Source: a virus | Taxonomy: Duplodnaviria > Caudoviricetes | Virus record (IMG/VR): IMGVR_UViG_3300031718_000009 | Coordinates: 1-63,967 of that record | DNA length: 63,967 bases | Strand: one strand, 5' to 3' | Shown: in pieces, positions 63,459-63,967 of the stretch | How the letters are laid out: every line of letters begins with the position of its first letter | How positions within the stretch are numbered: position 1 is the first letter of the stretch | The notes under the pieces: model-generated | What the model was told of the DNA's origin: nothing | The model's database searches: none | Seen by the model: only the letters and a program-made list of their open reading frames with translations | Translations under genes and position numbers: made by a program

Positions 63459-63695
63459 CTATTTTCCCGCCTCACGGCATTCCTTGCACGTAAGGACGTT
63501 TTCCTGGAACTTGGTTTGCAAGTGGGATAGCCCTTCAATCAATTTCCGCACGGTCTCGCTATTCATCGTCCACCCACATTTTGGCACACCTGCGCGGTTC
63601 GAAGCGCAGTACGCGAATGCGACAAATTCGCCGGCCTTTGCTTGATCCAATAGCCTCTCAATTTGAGCGACGATCAGATCATTTGTCTTACCCAT
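63459..63695 (-). CDS. Hypothetical protein
   Basis: ORF track; internal ATG overlapping the upstream gene end. Confidence 0.6.
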   Translation of the reverse strand: MGKTNDLIVAQIERLLDQAKAGEFVAFAYCASNRAGVPKCGWTMNSETVRKLIEGLSHLQTKFQENVLTCKECREAGK

Positions 63696-63891
63696 CCGAC
63701 GCGCCCGCCATGATCGCATTCCAAGCTTCACGATAGACGGCGCGTATATCATCTGTTGGCACATCCCAAAAGAGCCAACCGCTTAGAATAAGATCGCCCT
63801 CCGGGTTAATGGCCGCCGTCGTTCGCCACGCGCGATAGTCGCACTGCCACCATTTCATTTCCCGCCTCGCTCGCTTCTCAACCTTCATCAT
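63688..63891 (-). CDS. Hypothetical protein spanning the circular seam
   Basis: Start is ATGA-coupled to the hydrolase stop. Confidence 0.6.
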   Translation of the reverse strand: MMKVEKRARREMKWWQCDYRAWRTTAAINPEGDLILSGWLFWDVPTDDIRAVYREAWNAIMAGASDG

Positions 63892-63967
63892 GCGTTCGCC
63901 GGAGCCCCACCGCCAAACAGTTGCGCGAGGAGGCCGCTCCCTCCAGCATCAGCCGTTTTCCCAAGGT
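63841..63967. repeat. Terminal direct repeat, copy 2
   Basis: Identical to 1-127. Confidence 0.97.

Noticed and set aside
1-63967. DGR, retron, IS or invertase systems
   Set aside because: No reverse transcriptase, transposase or serine recombinase motifs were recognised in the ORF track.

Overview
The window is a complete, circularly closed temperate dsDNA phage genome of 63,840 bp; bases 1-127 are repeated exactly at 63841-63967. It has a podovirus-type gene set and probably infects Hyphomicrobiales (Alphaproteobacteria). A lambdoid immunity switch (cro/cI-like genes, three copies of a 12-bp operator) separates two arms. The leftward replication arm encodes RuvC-like, DnaA domains III+IV, MT-A70 methyltransferase, DUF1376 initiator, a late regulator and TerS. 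The rightward arm encodes a RecE-like exonuclease, Xis and a tyrosine integrase, followed by an attP that is the 3' half of tRNA-Val(CAC). A long minus-strand late operon encodes TerL, portal, scaffold, major capsid, tail and ejection proteins, a 2,371-aa DarB-like polyvalent protein and lysis genes. Main findings: (1) the major capsid gene is split by a 794-nt group I intron with a LAGLIDADG endonuclease on the opposite strand; (2) at least eight small ORFs are flanked by direct repeats that duplicate the gene end or junction they sit in, suggesting cassette-like gene gain and loss; (3) several fibre/spike-like late proteins carry Sec-type signal peptides and paired cysteines; (4) the DnaA lacks domain I; (5) a holin-like domain is fused in frame to the endolysin and has its own RBS. 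All family assignments come from motif recognition by eye; no database searches were run.
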